Source: Eledone cirrhosa (lineage: Eukaryota). From it: a stretch of 64,000 nucleotides of DNA. The DNA lies in NCBI GenBank assembly GCA_964016885.1, contig OZ024741.1, positions 39,680,001-39,744,000 of the forward strand, given 5' to 3'. A program made the position numbers and the translations under genes. The notes under the pieces were generated by a model that was given only the letters and a program-made list of their open reading frames with translations, searched no databases and had not been told where the DNA came from. Within the stretch, counting starts at the first letter, position 1; every line of letters starts with the position of its first letter. This document shows positions 40,331-55,884 of the stretch, one piece after another.

Positions 40331-41009
40331 TTCAATACGACACTACGCCACATCCTACCCCTCTAACGTCTAACTACAGCATACCACTCTATATCTCACT
40401 CTATACCAGAATCTATCGGAAACATAATCGTGTGACACTAAAACCCCACGATACTAAAATTAACAGCTTGCAGTTTCCTCCACAGGGGTTAACATTTGGC
40501 AGACTGACCCTATTAAATTTATGAACAGAAATAAAAAGAAACCCAACCCAAAACAACCCGAGTTTTATTTACCCCCAATGGAGTCTTTATGCGGTCGCTA
40601 ACTCAGCTAGAAATAGCAGTCAGTGATATCGCCTTCATATCACATATCCAATAATGGTGTCCAATTCAAACACCATAAGGCCAATAACTTTTGATAGGAG
40701 GGGACAGTCGATTACATCGAACCTGGTACTTTATTTTACCGACTTTAGAGAAACGAAAAGAAAAATTATCTTCAGCAGGATTTGATCTCAAAACTTAGAG
40801 ACGAAACAAATCCTGCAAGGTATTTTGTCGAACGTAACAACGCCCTCGAGTGCAGGCTTCATGGTGAGACGGAAGATGAATTGGTAGAGTTTGCGAGGAC
40901 AGTATTTGTCCTGGTTTTGGGTAATTTGAGTTGAAATACCAATGAGATCAACGTCCCCTTTCATCATTTTGGAACTAATTACTCCTTTACTATGCTCCAT
41001 TAAAATTCT

Positions 41010-41134
<125 letters not shown>

Positions 41135-42071
41135 TTCTCGCTTTCACACTTGCTCGCTCTCTTCATTTCTTTCTCTCATTTTCTTCCTCTCTCCAGAAGA
41201 AAACGACTGTGACCAACAGCAGTTGTGATCATCCACTAGGCGAAACTTACATTACAAGTAACTACCATTTATTGATATAAAATAAATTATTCTTACAGGC
41301 ATACAAATACACTCATAAGTTACCTGTTGATTCAAATGAAACAATATTCAATGTTATATGGCTAACCCTGTTTACAGGGTGAATCCTGCGCTCTCTAACC
41401 CTTTTCTCTCCATCTACTATTAGGTTCAATGGATTTTTATAACTAAAATATTACAAAGAAACTTCATAACACCTGTGGTCTAATATGAACCATCTACGCA
41501 ACTCAGTCGTACCTTAACGGTATACATCATTTGTTTTTCTTAGATTGTAAGAGTGTGTATATTTCACTATATTTGTCCCAGTGTTGACACAGCATAGACA
41601 AAAATATAACCCTTGAGCAAGACACTTTATTTCACGTTAGACCAGATTTGACACACGTTGTGTTGTGCTGTAACTATGTTACACAAGAAACTATAGTAAA
41701 GGTAGACATGGCTGTGGAAAGATCAGCGACTTGGACGGTAATTTTACTAGCAGACTGTTCCGTAGGTCATACAACAGAAACACTGTATGTCGGAACTGGC
41801 GGAAATCCAACAATTGTGTATGAATTTGTGACTGCAGGCAATGAGAAAAAGAGGCGAGAACACACTACATGAAATGGCGAGTAAAATTAAAGGAAATGAA
41901 GAGACAAATATGATGAAGGAGAAGTAGAAGATGAGGGAAAGAGAAGAGAGAAGATATAGCCATGTGGAGTAATGAAGAAAATTAGAAATTGATCAGCGAA
42001 ATACATACATACACACACACATACATACATATATATATACATACATTATATATATATGTATATGTGAGTGT

Positions 42072-42134
<63 letters not shown>

Positions 42135-43407
42135 TGTGAGTGTCTGTGTGTTTGTGTGAGTGTGTGCGTGTTTGTTTGTGTGAGTGTGTGCGTGTGTGTT
42201 TGTGTGAGTGTGTGTATGTGCGTATAAATACATACATCATCATTTATATATATGAGAAAGTGTGGGGTGAGGATGATCGCATAAACAGTTATGTTATCCG
42301 ACGGAAGAAAACAATTCGAAATGAAATTTTAATGATTAAATATTTAGTCAAAAGTTATTTTTAAGAAGCATCCACACACATACACACACACACACACAAA
42401 CGCACACACACACACGGACACACACACAGTGTACTGAATACACCACTTATCTAGGAGAAAACAGTTGCGAAAGTGAGCGAACATTAAGCCGGACCTCATC
42501 AATAATGACAGAGAAGACACAGACTGGGACGAAAGAGCAACGCATTAAAAAGCAATGCATTGAGAACATCAACACCAAACAGCCACGCGCATGAAGTAAC
42601 ACATTGAAAATCCATTAGAAGCATAAAAGAAGATTACACATTTAAAACCCGATGAAAGAATTTTTTTATAGGAGATTTATAACAAACATCAAATGCTTTA
42701 GTGCTGATAGTTATCTTAAAATCATATTAGTTTGATAAAATAGAAAACAATGCTTAAATTGCTTTTTAAAATATGTTAAACAAAATGATGTTGGAGAAAA
42801 AGGAAACTACGTGAAATTATATTAATTTAATTTTCAACTTTTCCTGTACATCTCTATATAAATTTGAACGACTTCCGTCCGTTACACAATGCTTGTATAC
42901 GTGTGATGTGTGTGTGTGATGTGTGTGTGTGTATGATGTGTGTGTGTGTGTGTGTGATGTATGTGTGTGTGTGTGTGTGATGTGTGTGTGTGATGTGTGT
43001 GTGTGAATGTATGTGTGTGTAAAAGGGAGGTGTTGGTGAAAAAAACTATAATAAATTAGCGTAAATGTGTGAGTGTGTCTGTGTTGCGCCTTTATATTTA
43101 TATACTCATACATATAAATGCATGTACATATACATACTCACACACATGTACATGTACATATACATACTCACACACATATACACATACGCGTCAGTGAAAA
43201 CATTTCTAGTATATGATAATTACGAACTTTATGACGTCTTCCAAGAAAGTTTAATACTGCAGTGTTTGAATAGATGTCCTTCAATACATAATAAGAAAAC
43301 TTATAAGAATTATAATAAAACAATTACGTGTACACATCGTACTTCAATAGGTATTTTCAAAGAAGTTTATTAATTGAAGTTGTATGAAATATTGTTATTA
43401 TTATTTT

Positions 43408-43985
43408 GTGTTGGATTGGCAGTATCGGTAGAACGTAGGACACCATGCTTTGCAGCATAGAGTTACGGTCATTTAGCACCAGTAACGTACTGGGGTCGAT
43501 TTAATCGAATTTCCCTTCCCACCCAAATTACTGGCCTTGTGCCTATACTAGAAATCATTATTATTTTGCGAAAGGGTGGTGATTTGGCAGAATCAATAGA
43601 GCGGCGGACACCATGCTTTGCAGCACGTTCTGAGTTCAAATCCCGTCGAAGCTAGCTTTGCCTTTGATCCTTATGGGGTCGATAAAATAAAGTACCAGTA
43701 ATGCACTGGGGTTAATTTAATCGACTTTTCCCTACCCTAAAATAGCTGGCATTGTGCTTAAATCAGAAACCATTATTTTTTTTTTTAAATAAAGAGGATG
43801 CTGGATTGGCCGATCACTGGAGCATCGGAGAAAATTATTTGCGGCATTTCGTTACCGCCCTATGTTCACATATCTCCGTGGTTAACTTCCGTGTCCAATA
43901 AAAGTGTCAGGAAAGTACTAGTATCGATTTCATTCACCCTCTCCTCATCACAAATTGTTGGCTTTATGCATGAATTAGAATTCAT
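43408..43985 (+). mobile_element. Three tandem Meta-domain SINEs
   Basis: Heads ggattggcagtatcgg, gatttggcagaatc and ggattggccgatc; tails ending attatt. Confidence 0.8.
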
Positions 43986-46436
43986 TAGTTTTAAAATAAA
44001 TATGATATACGAGACCGTTTCTTTTTATCAAGATAAGAAATGGAAAAGCATTGCTTGGTATAAAGACTTAATTATAAACATAATTATACAGTGTAATATA
44101 ACAATGATAGTTATCTTGATGAGCTACAGGCTGTTCGGAATTCTAATGGAGGCCACTCTGCATTCTACGGGAATATATGTATGTATGGACGGGTAACTAC
44201 GGAGGGAGACGTAGTGACACGTTAAATCTTGCCGAGCCTATACCCTCTCCAGGTCTAAACACAGCCGATTTCTGCCAGAGAACTATATCGATTAAGAGAG
44301 GGAAAATGAAAAAGAGATATAGAAGAAGAATCGACCCCTAGTACTGGATTGGCATATTACTTTTATCAATCTCGGAAATGGACCGCGACACGATTTGAAC
44401 TCAGAGCGGGGAATACAGGAACGAATGCCACAAATATTCTATCTCATGTTCTAACGATTTGTCAATTCGTAGTCTGGTTTACTGTAGTGTATACAAGACT
44501 AAATTCTAATGATAATTACATTATCAACTCAAGAATTGAATTGAAATTCAGAGTGTAATGAAACGTAACTACACCACGATTTGTCCTTCTCACATTATAT
44601 CCAACTGACTAAACTTTAGCTTGCATTGATGATTCAGTTTACCCGACGAAAGGATCATAATAAAACCTTTAGCAGCTTATATGAACCTACGAAATCTTTT
44701 ACAGGCCGCACAAATCTATCGGACCCGTGTTCCGATATTTTAAACGTTAAGTGGATAAGAATTCATTTTTACAAAGAGAAAAGCCAGTTTATTGACAAAA
44801 AGCTCTTCCAGGAATCCATGGTAACTATGATTCAAAGAGAAGGTATTTGTGCGGGCATTTAACCAACTAGAACTAACAGCCAGATCAGCGTAAAAGCACA
44901 CGCTAACTTCATACATATAGAGAAGACCACATTGGATAATGTGGGTTTAGGTACACTGTTACTAGGGAAAAATACGAGGTGATTATGGCTGGAATGCTGT
45001 TGATCGTACGTCAGTTTCATCAAGACAGACCAGAGTTTAAACTGCCTCAACTATTATATATATTCCCATAGCAAAGCAATAAAGCCACTGTGAACGGAAA
45101 AGAACAAGACTGAGAGAATGTGACTCAAGGTGAGAGATAAAGACTGATATTGATTTTGAATTTATATATATATTGTAGTGGTCAGGAAAGGAAGATGTTG
45201 GAAGAGTATTTCAAGGGTGAGATGTGTGAAAGAAGCAACTATCAGAGAATAATATGTGATTGAATTTAAGAACTTTAGCAATGAAGGAATGTATTTAATC
45301 CCAATAGTTAGTTGGAAAGAAATTCAATGTTATTTATAATTGAACTCAGCACACGAACAAATATAATTAAACACCGCCAATTATTTTGTTCGATATTTTA
45401 CCAAGTCAGCCTCTAACAGATCTCTAATCATTATCAAAGGCAGAACATTGGCAGAATCGCTAGAGAGCTCGAAATAAGAATGCCTTGCAGTATTTAGTTA
45501 TGGTGATTTGCATTCAGAGTTCAAATCCTGCTTAGCTATACTTTGCTTTTCATCCTAAGACTGAATTAATGTAGAAGTTTCCAATCTTTTCCTCTACAAT
45601 GGATCCGAACCCTATCAAAAAGTTTGTCTTTCAAATAGCTTACAAACCTGAAGTTGATCTAATCGATAATTCTTATGCTTTAAATTTGAGGCATTGTACA
45701 TTCGATCAAAAGTCATTATGTTAATGGTCTATTGTTTATTGATCACAGGAATAATATAAGGAACCGCTGATCGATTGTTCTGATATCCTAAATTTAAAGA
45801 TGTATGCCTATTAAAAAAATTCAATGCAATGGCTTCACTTCCCAATCCTAAAGTCCCGTGTTTCATCGCTTCACGTGTTGGAAAAGTCATTTATCATAGC
45901 TTTGACTAGACCCAGACTTTGTGAGTTACAGACCTGCCAACCTCTAAAAACCCAAACGGGGAGTAGCATGAAAAAAAGGTGCCCCAAAGCGCGGAGAAAT
46001 GAGTCAAAATGAGGAGATTTTACATGAACGAAAGCTATTCCCATTTTCACAAGAGAAGACATTTCTCACCCACCCCAAAGTGGGTTGGGCGTCTCCCCGT
46101 TGGACGGGGAGAGTTGACATGTCTCATTACTGGTCTTTTGTTTTTGTATCACAGAGGAGTAAAATAGGCGAACATGCTGAAATTGAACTCAAACCACGGA
46201 ACAACAAAACTATACGTAATATAAGTGTGTTGGCCCGATACTCAAATGGTTCTACTAGTATATCAAACCACGTGTAAAGCGAGATGTTTCCGTATAATGA
46301 AATGCCAATCACTATAGATTCTTGACAAGATCTTTTATCAAAGTACTTCCGGTTTTACAAAGTGTCAGGTAGAAGGAAATAATAAACAAAAACAAATAAG
46401 AGAACCGAACATAAATATATAAACAAAACCACATGC

Positions 46437-46475
<39 letters not shown>

Positions 46476-46526
46476 AAGATATACTTATTTATATACACAC
46501 ACACACACACAGACACACACACACAC

Positions 46527-46598
<72 letters not shown>

Positions 46599-46829
46599 GC
46601 ATATATAAATAAGCAATAATATATATACACAGATACTCAGCCACTCAAACATACACACATACACAGACACAAATATACCATCACACACAAAATATACATC
46701 CATCCCATACACATACACACATATATACACACATATATATAGACCACCTTATACAGACATTACTACAGAAATATAGAAGTAAATAAATAAATGTAATTGA
46801 AGTTATCCGATTTCCGTTTGGTGTTAGTT

Positions 46830-47785
46830 AGCGGGTGGTGGTGGTGGTGGTGGTGTGGTGGTGGTGGTGGTGTGGTGGTGGTGGTGGTGGTGTGGTAGTG
46901 GTGGTGGTGGTGTGGTGGTGGTGGTGGTGGTGGTGGTGTGGTGGTGGTGGTGGCGTGGTAGTGGTGGTGGTGGTGGTGGTGGTCGTCGTCGTCGTCGTCG
47001 TCGTCGTGGTGTGGTGGTGGTGTGGTGGTGTGGTGGTGGTGTGGTAGTGGTGGTGGTGGTGTGGTGGTGGTGATGGTGTGGTAGTGGTGGTGGTGGTGGT
47101 GGTCGTCGTCGTCGTCGTGGTGGTGGTGGTGTGGTGGTGGTGGTGGTGTGGTGGTGGTGGTGTGGTGGTGGTGGTGGTAGTGGTGGTGGTGGTGTGGTGG
47201 TGGTGGTGTGGTGGTGGTGGTGTGGTGGTCGTGGTGGTGGTGGTGTGGTGGTGGTGGTGGTCGTGGTGGTGGTGGTTAGCGGGTGGTGGTGGTTGTGGTG
47301 GTGGTGGTGTTAGTTAGCGGGTGGTGTTGGTGGTGGTGGTGGTTAGCGGGTGGTGGTGGTTAGCGGGTGGTGGTGGTGGTGGTGGTGGTGGTGGTGTGGT
47401 GGTGTGGTGGTGTGGTGGTGTGGTGGTGGTGGTGGTGGTGGTTAGCGGGTGGTGGTGGTGGTGTTGCTGGTGGTGGTTGTAGCAGTGGTGGTGGTGGTGG
47501 CAGTAGCAGTGGTGGTGGTGGTGACGTTAGTGGTGATGGTGATGGGGGTGCTGGTAGTATTGATGGCGCTGGTGGTGTTGGTCGTGGTGGTTGAGTTGGT
47601 GCTGGTGGTGTTGGTGGTGGTGGTTGAGTTGGTGCTGGTGGTGTTGGTGGTGGTGGTTGAGTTGGTGCTGGTGGTGTTGGTGGTGCTGGTTGAGTTGGTG
47701 CTGGTGGTGTTGGTGGTGGTGGTTGAGTTGGTGCTAGTGGTGTTGGTGGTGGTGGTTGAGTTGGTGCTGGTGGTGGTGGTGGTTG
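46830..47785. repeat. (GGT)n tract with 33-bp minisatellite at 47590-47770
   Basis: ttgagttggtgctggtggtgttggtggtggtgg repeated ~5-6 times. Confidence 0.95.
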
Positions 47786-47913
47786 TGTTCGTTACACGAA
47801 TGTCAGTTTTCTGTTTACATTTTATGGTGTTGTGTGTGTGTATGTGTATGTGGGTATATGTGTGTGTATGTGGGTATGTATGTGTGTGTATGTGGGTATG
47901 TGTGTGTATGTGG

Positions 47914-47958
<45 letters not shown>

Positions 47959-48314
47959 TGAGCGTGCACATGGTTAAGAAGTTCGCTTCGCAATCAAAAT
48001 ATTTAGGGCTCCATCCCCTTATGTGGTGCTTGGGGCTGTTTTATTTACCTTAGAATCGAATCACCCCTAACCATGAAGGGGAGTTTGAGAGGTAGGAAAC
48101 TGTTTCTGAAGCCCACTAAATGGAACTTACCTGTAATTGTCAAAGGCAGGTTGTCGCACTAAAACTTCAATAAGTTAAGGGTACACGCGTTTGTCAAATA
48201 CTCAGCCACATACAGTATGGTTCTCTTGAAAGGACCAGCCTCACAAGATTGTGTCCCACACACACATATTTATATATTCTATTACTAAATTACGTGAGGC
48301 CTGGCTGGGGCACA

Positions 48315-48360
<46 letters not shown>

Positions 48361-48366
<6 letters not shown>

Positions 48367-48536
48367 GAGCTTCTACAGGACTAGAAATGTTTCATTCATG
48401 AGAAATCATCACGAATTTCTCACGAATGAAACAGTTCTAGTCCTGTAGAAGCTCTTCTCTATTAAAACATTTATACTCTGGTATGTATTGAGTACCTTAC
48501 ATACTGTGGTTACCCCAGATTCAACCCTGAATAACT
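48361..48536 (+). mobile_element. Family B fold-back element
   Basis: Axis at tcatca|cgaattt; tail atactctggtatgtattgagtacc. Confidence 0.8.
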
Positions 48537-48563
48537 TATATATATATATCTATATATATATAT

Positions 48564-49112
48564 ATGGTGGCTGACAAATCGTTTTCGAGTACGGCCACTA
48601 CTTTATATCCATTTAGGAGAACCCCTACCGATGCGCTGAACGAGTGTGACTTTTTAGTCCAGCCAGCAACTTGAAAACTCTGGTACAAACACTAGACTTG
48701 TGACAATTATTGACACATAGTGCTGGGCCCATGGCACCATGTGACGACAAGGGCAGAGAGATCTCCAGATATAAAGCAATGCCTGTGCCGTGAAGCTTTT
48801 ATAGTGAGCAAAGGCACTTCACAAAGCCAGTCCCACTCTCTTAACCAAGATGATATTTACCAAAAAGAAGAACAAGTCAACATCATTGGATACCATCAGG
48901 GTTGCAGGTGTTATATCAGAGTTTTCCTTCTCCTAGAATTCTGCCTTGACAAAGGCTAAGGGGTCATCTCTCCCGGTGATTTTGGATGGCCATTGACTCT
49001 TAAGAGTTCCTTTGCTCTTTGACAGGTTTTGTTTTTAGTCCTGCAGGATGTCCAAAGTCACCCTCCAAGAAACCTTGGTGGGGTTGCCAGTTTAGTCGCC
49101 AACGACCCCACC
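48564..49112 (-). mobile_element. Family G, longest colinear copy (~550 bp)
   Basis: Reverse complement runs from gggtcgttggcgactaaactgg to cagccaccat; TA-flanked. Confidence 0.85.
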
Positions 49113-49190
49113 ATATATATATATATACATACATATATACACACACAAACAGACAAACAGACACACACAGACACATACACACACAAAACA

Positions 49191-49225
<35 letters not shown>

Positions 49226-49230
49226 CACAA

Positions 49231-49262
<32 letters not shown>

Positions 49263-49293
49263 ACAGACACACAGACACACACAGACACACACA

Positions 49294-49382
<89 letters not shown>

Positions 49383-49892
49383 ACATTTATATATATATAA
49401 GTGTGTGCGTAATGTGTATTTGTATATATACGTGTCTATTCTAAATCTTTTCTGCAACATCCTATAAAGAAAATTTAGAATTTGATGGACAAACCCCGTC
49501 CGTGAAGATACGGTCAATCAACCGTGGGGCCTTTCAGCTAAAATCCGGAACTAACTGTTGAAACGGCAAGAGTTCAGCCGTTGAGCCCTGACTCATAATA
49601 TATGTAGTGTAAACAAAGTTTCATACACTTAACATGTATGTGCTACTAATACTTCCGGTGTCTAGCTAAGCCACCATAGTATAATAGGCCTTCAATCGTG
49701 CCCGAATGAAGGACCAAATGAAGAGCCAGTTTAAAAATCTCCCATCTAACATGCAGTGGTACTATAACTTGACCCCGAAACAAATGGTTGCACATACATT
49801 TTAAATTTATGAAACTTTGTTTATACTAAATATGTTCTCTTGCAACAGATTGAGCACTTTTCCTCGATCTTACATCTACAGATTTCTAACTC

Positions 49893-49981
<89 letters not shown>

Positions 49982-50054
49982 CCCCAACTCTCAAACGTGA
50001 ACCTAATATCAACAGTGTTCGTAACTGCACTCCTTGTTTTTGTTTTGTTCTTTG

Positions 50055-50091
<37 letters not shown>

Positions 50092-50104
50092 ATATATATA
50101 TATG

Positions 50105-50138
<34 letters not shown>

Positions 50139-50145
50139 TATATAC

Positions 50146-50206
50146 ATGGTTAAACAATCATCTGCACAGCCATAAAAACGACCAAGTAATTCGGGTCAAA
50201 CAAATA

Positions 50207-50303
<97 letters not shown>

Positions 50304-50490
50304 CATATATTTTTATTTGTTTGACCCGAATTACTTGGTCGTTTTTATGGCTGTGCAGATGATTGTTTAACCATCATCTCAGGCCTTTAACGTATGTTGT
50401 AGCTCTGGTTCATCTGAATCATTGAGCGCTTGCCACACATCTCGGAAGTTGATTTTCGTTAATTCATAAGCCGAAATACGATTCTCGCTA

Positions 50491-50492
<2 letters not shown>
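50146..50492. mobile_element. Fold-back element with perfect 65-bp arms around a (TA)n centre
   Basis: 50146-50210 is the reverse complement of 50310-50374; one arm continues to 50492. Confidence 0.75.
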
Positions 50493-50540
<48 letters not shown>

Positions 50541-50574
50541 CGACAGAGAACGAGAAAGAGAGATACATACACGC

Positions 50575-50797
50575 ATATCGACAGTCGATCGACTTTCGTC
50601 AAGTTGGACCGAGGAAACAATGTTTCCATCGGTCTTTCCAATTGCTAACACTATCTACCAGTTGCAACTCCAGGTAGAAGGAGCAACGTGAAATAAAGTG
50701 TCTTGCTCAAGGACATAACGCATCACCCTGTCCAGGAATCGAACTCACAACCTCACAATTGCGAATCCAATTCTCTAACCACTCAGCCACGCGCCTT
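50575..50797 (-). mobile_element. CORE-type SINE
   Basis: Reverse complement: ggcgcgtggctgagtggttagag..gagttcgattcc..gtccttgagcaagacactt. Confidence 0.8.
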
Positions 50798-51034
50798 ATA
50801 TATGTTTCTAATTGAGGCTCAAAGCCAGAAAGTTGGAGTGTGATGGAGAAAGGATGCTCATGACTGGAACACCGTGGGTTATAGGTAATATCAATCAGAA
50901 CTGATTTGGGAGCAAAAAAAGAACAACAAATACAACAACAATACTTTTGAAGGTCATTAGTATTAATTATCTGTATGATGTTTGTGTGTGAGTCTTTTTT
51001 ATATGTTCAGGTAGGTGTGTCTGTATGTGTGCAT

Positions 51035-51505
51035 GGTCGTGGGGCAGTTGAAGAAGGTCATAGGCTGCAAGGTTTATAGGCTGACCAAGATACTCTCATA
51101 GAATGACCAAACGGGATTTGGGAATGAAAAAGGTCGATTAAATCGACCTCAGTGCATTATTGGTGCTTTATTTTATCGAACCCGCAAGGATGAAAGGCAA
51201 AGGTGAAATTGGCGGGATTTGAACTCTGAATGTGAATGGACATAACTATATGCCACAAAGCATTTTGTCTGACGCTCTTTCGATTCTGCCAATACGTCGC
51301 CCTAGACAATAATACAATAATACGAAAGATTCATAGGCTGACCAAGATACTCTCATGGAATGACCGAATGCGGTTTCTTTTTCAACATAGACCCTGGAAA
51401 ATAACTGCATTAAAAAGAATATTTTGAAATTAATGCATGAAAGCTATCACAGCTCTAGCGTCACTCCTTCGTAGTCAGCCTATGAACTTTTCAGCCGACT
51501 CTCGA
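51035..51505. mobile_element. Mariner-derived MITE pieces with an intervening Meta SINE (51125-51302, minus)
   Basis: cataggctgac ... gtcagcctatgaacttttcagcc TIR pair. Confidence 0.6.
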
Positions 51506-51719
51506 TGAATGTGTTCAGTTAAGTTTAGCTCAATAGAGAAAAGAAGGACGCATTAGAGAAAGATATCGATTACTTTCATAGAAGGCTCGGCTGCTGGGAT
51601 AGAGGCTAATATGTAAATTGATCTAGAGGAAGAATATTTAGTATATATTTTATGTAGAGCAATAATAGCTCACAAGTGACATCGGTACAGCATTTCAAAC
51701 AGCAGCAATCTGTGGCTAC

Positions 51720-51782
<63 letters not shown>

Positions 51783-51833
51783 ACCCACCCACACACACGC
51801 ACACACACACACACACACACGCACACACAGACA

Positions 51834-51963
<130 letters not shown>

Positions 51964-52089
51964 GTTTAATTAAAATTTAATACACTTAACATACATGCTC
52001 GGCTTTAGGTTTTGGGGTCCAGTTATGGTCACTACTGTTTCAATACAGGCTTGTCAGTGTTTTCCAGGAAAAAATTATGGAAAATGATA

Positions 52090-52432
<343 letters not shown>

Positions 52433-52598
52433 TACACACACATATATATATATATATATATGATGTATGTATGTATATACGTATGCATCTTTCTCACTCC
52501 TATTCACTCAGTCTCTATCCCTCTCTGGAAGGAATCTTCTGTATTCAGACATGGAGAAGAGATAACCACCTACGACTCAATCAGGCATTACGCGTCCA

Positions 52599-52764
<166 letters not shown>

Positions 52765-52770
52765 TGTACG

Positions 52771-52802
<32 letters not shown>

Positions 52803-52889
52803 GAGATAGATAGAGAGGATGTGTGTTTAGTTAGGAGAGAGAATGTATCAAACTATACTCTATATTTATGATCACTTTTCTTTGTTGTT

Positions 52890-53010
<121 letters not shown>

Positions 53011-53016
53011 GTATAC

Positions 53017-53068
<52 letters not shown>

Positions 53069-53386
53069 GTATACATATGCAAACCACGAATCATCAGTTA
53101 TAAGTAATTAACAATAATTCACACAATATAAAAACCACAAACATGTCATCAGGAGCATTAAGTGCGATTGAACTTAAACCAAAAGCACGTAGCAAGAACA
53201 TTAACATTAGTAAAACCTGTGGCTTTCATTTCTACTTTTATTTTAAAAAAGTAATTTTTCAAGTCCCCCCTTTAAAAAATTGCTTTTCTTTTTGCTTTGT
53301 CCTCTCTTTGTTGAGTTTCCTAAGTTTATATACAGCGTAATGGCACTCCCTGGGTTACAATGACGAGTGTTCAAGTTGATATTTAC

Positions 53387-53477
<91 letters not shown>

Positions 53478-54067
53478 TTGTATGTATGTGTGTGTGTGTG
53501 TATTTATATATGTATTTTTAACCACTGGTCAGTCAATGATAAACATTGATTGCCAAATAAATTAACTATGGAGATATAAAAGATACAGAAGAGAAAACCA
53601 ACCAAACAGTGAGTGTGTTCTGCTATTATTTCTGGCAATATTATTACAACAATATGACCCTCCACAGGTATAACAATATATTATATGCATGTGTGTATGT
53701 ACATATATGATGGACCCATCGATCCGATATACGGGTGTCCAGAAGCTTCTGCGTAGTCTGTTGACGGATGTCTATCCATGACGTGACATTTATGTCCCGT
53801 CTAAGTTTTGGAAACATGGCCACATACGGTGAAAGTGTATGTGTTACGAGTCTCGATATCTGGTACTACAGAATTCTTTAGACGGTACTCTTGCCACTCT
53901 CAGCTGCTAGGAACGGTAAGATTCGTAGGTTTTACCTCACTCTGTATTTCTTTAGGTCCAGGGTCACCAGGTCAAAGGTCTTAGATTTAAAAGATACAAG
54001 TTTTGATACTCTGTAGTGGTTACTGGTTATATATTGTTTTGTCTCTAAATGTATTTATTCAACACTT

Positions 54068-54098
<31 letters not shown>

Positions 54099-54186
54099 CT
54101 ATCTATCTATCTATATATATATATATATATATATACACGCATATATAGTTAATGGATTAAACAAAACACAGGAGGCAATTTTAGTT

Positions 54187-54255
<69 letters not shown>

Positions 54256-54550
54256 ATGAGATATGTATATATATGTGACATACTTATACACGCATGTATG
54301 TGTGTACATATATCTGTGTGTGTTTGAGGGTGTATTTGAATTCCTTATGTATAATTGAAAATAATAGGGGACATGATTGGTTAACAGATTGCAAGTCAGT
54401 TAAATTAACTAGACAAGTCAGTTATACATTCCGTCTACATATTATCAATTGTTTGTCATTTGGGTTGATAGCACACACGGGAATAGAGAGGATGTGTGTT
54501 CAACTTATCCTTGTGTCAGTGAAGCTATCAAATATTTATCCGTCATTAAT

Positions 54551-54590
<40 letters not shown>

Positions 54591-54633
54591 TTATCTATCT
54601 ATCTCTCTATCTATCTAGCTATCTATCTAGCTA

Positions 54634-54683
<50 letters not shown>

Positions 54684-55344
54684 GATACAAACATACATAG
54701 ATACATACCCACACCGACACATATATATGTGTGTGTATGAATGGCAAAGAGGGAGGTTTATGTGTGTTTATGTGTGTTTATGTGTGAGTATGTATGTATG
54801 TATGTGCGTTTATGAGTGAGTATATAAATGTTTTAAGTTAGATAAGGCTTTAGCTCGTTATGTTACAAGGCATTAAACTATGCGAATTAAACGCCAATAA
54901 ATGAGTTTTCCACCCACTAAGTATAGCTGCAAAATCTCCTTCAAATCCAGTCCTATGTTCTTAGGAAATAAAGAGTATATTGGATAATGTTCTCTCTAGG
55001 ACTAAAGACACGATGATTATTTTTTGTCGATCATGTGATCAGGTTTCAAAATGCAATTCGATTAATGATTGATAATCAGTCATATATATAAGGTGCCCCC
55101 CCCCCCCAAGCATATACACATTTATTAGAATGCTGTTGAAGCGTGTATATATTTTGGCGGGGCCACCCTGTATATTTGACACTAGTCTATCACTGGAAGG
55201 TAGTATAAAGTAACCTTCAAGTGGTTGCTCTAGGTGCCAGAAACGATGGCACAATGAAATTACATTCACTTTTATTTAATGTAGGCAAATTGGTGGAGTC
55301 GTTACGCTGTCGAAAACAATTATTGTGCGTTATAGGGCTAAGGT

Positions 55345-55690
55345 CTCTGGCAGTATTGATAGAGCATCGTACAACATGCTTCACGGCATAAAGTTACGAC
55401 CCTTTACGTTCTGACTTCAAATCCAGCTGAGGTTAGCTTTGCTTTTCATCTTTTCGGGGTCGATAAAATAAAGTACAAGTAACACACTGGGATCGATTTC
55501 CTCTCCCCCAAATTGATGGCCTTGTGCCTAATCCAGAAACCATTATTTCTAATTTAGGAACAAAACCATTAGTTTTTAAGGGAAGAGGAAGTCAATTACA
55601 TCAACCTCAGTCCTTCACTGGTATTTATTTCTATAACCCTAGAAGTATGAAAGGCAAAGTTAACATCGGAGGGATTTGAAATCAATAAGG
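55345..55690. mobile_element. Two tail-to-tail Meta-domain SINEs
   Basis: Plus copy 55345-55545; older minus copy 55545-55690. Confidence 0.75.
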
Positions 55691-55884
55691 ACTTGTCCTA
55701 CACATCTATAAATGCAGAAATATCATTACTGCCATAGTACTCACTGGCTAACTATAATGTGTGCACTCTGAACTTCAAGATGCAGTCTTATAACTCCATC
55801 CTTATTATCTCATTGAGTGAGTGGGTCATGGCCAGAAACCGCTGAAATAAATTCGGTGACTTTCGTATACTATATGTATATATA

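Noticed and set aside
47442-47993. [11 protein letters not shown] repeat ORF
   Set aside because: 33-bp minisatellite derived from the surrounding (GGT)n tract.
52025-52065. ctgacaa..gaaacagta on the minus strand as a hammerhead
   Set aside because: Core mutated and stems too weak to support.
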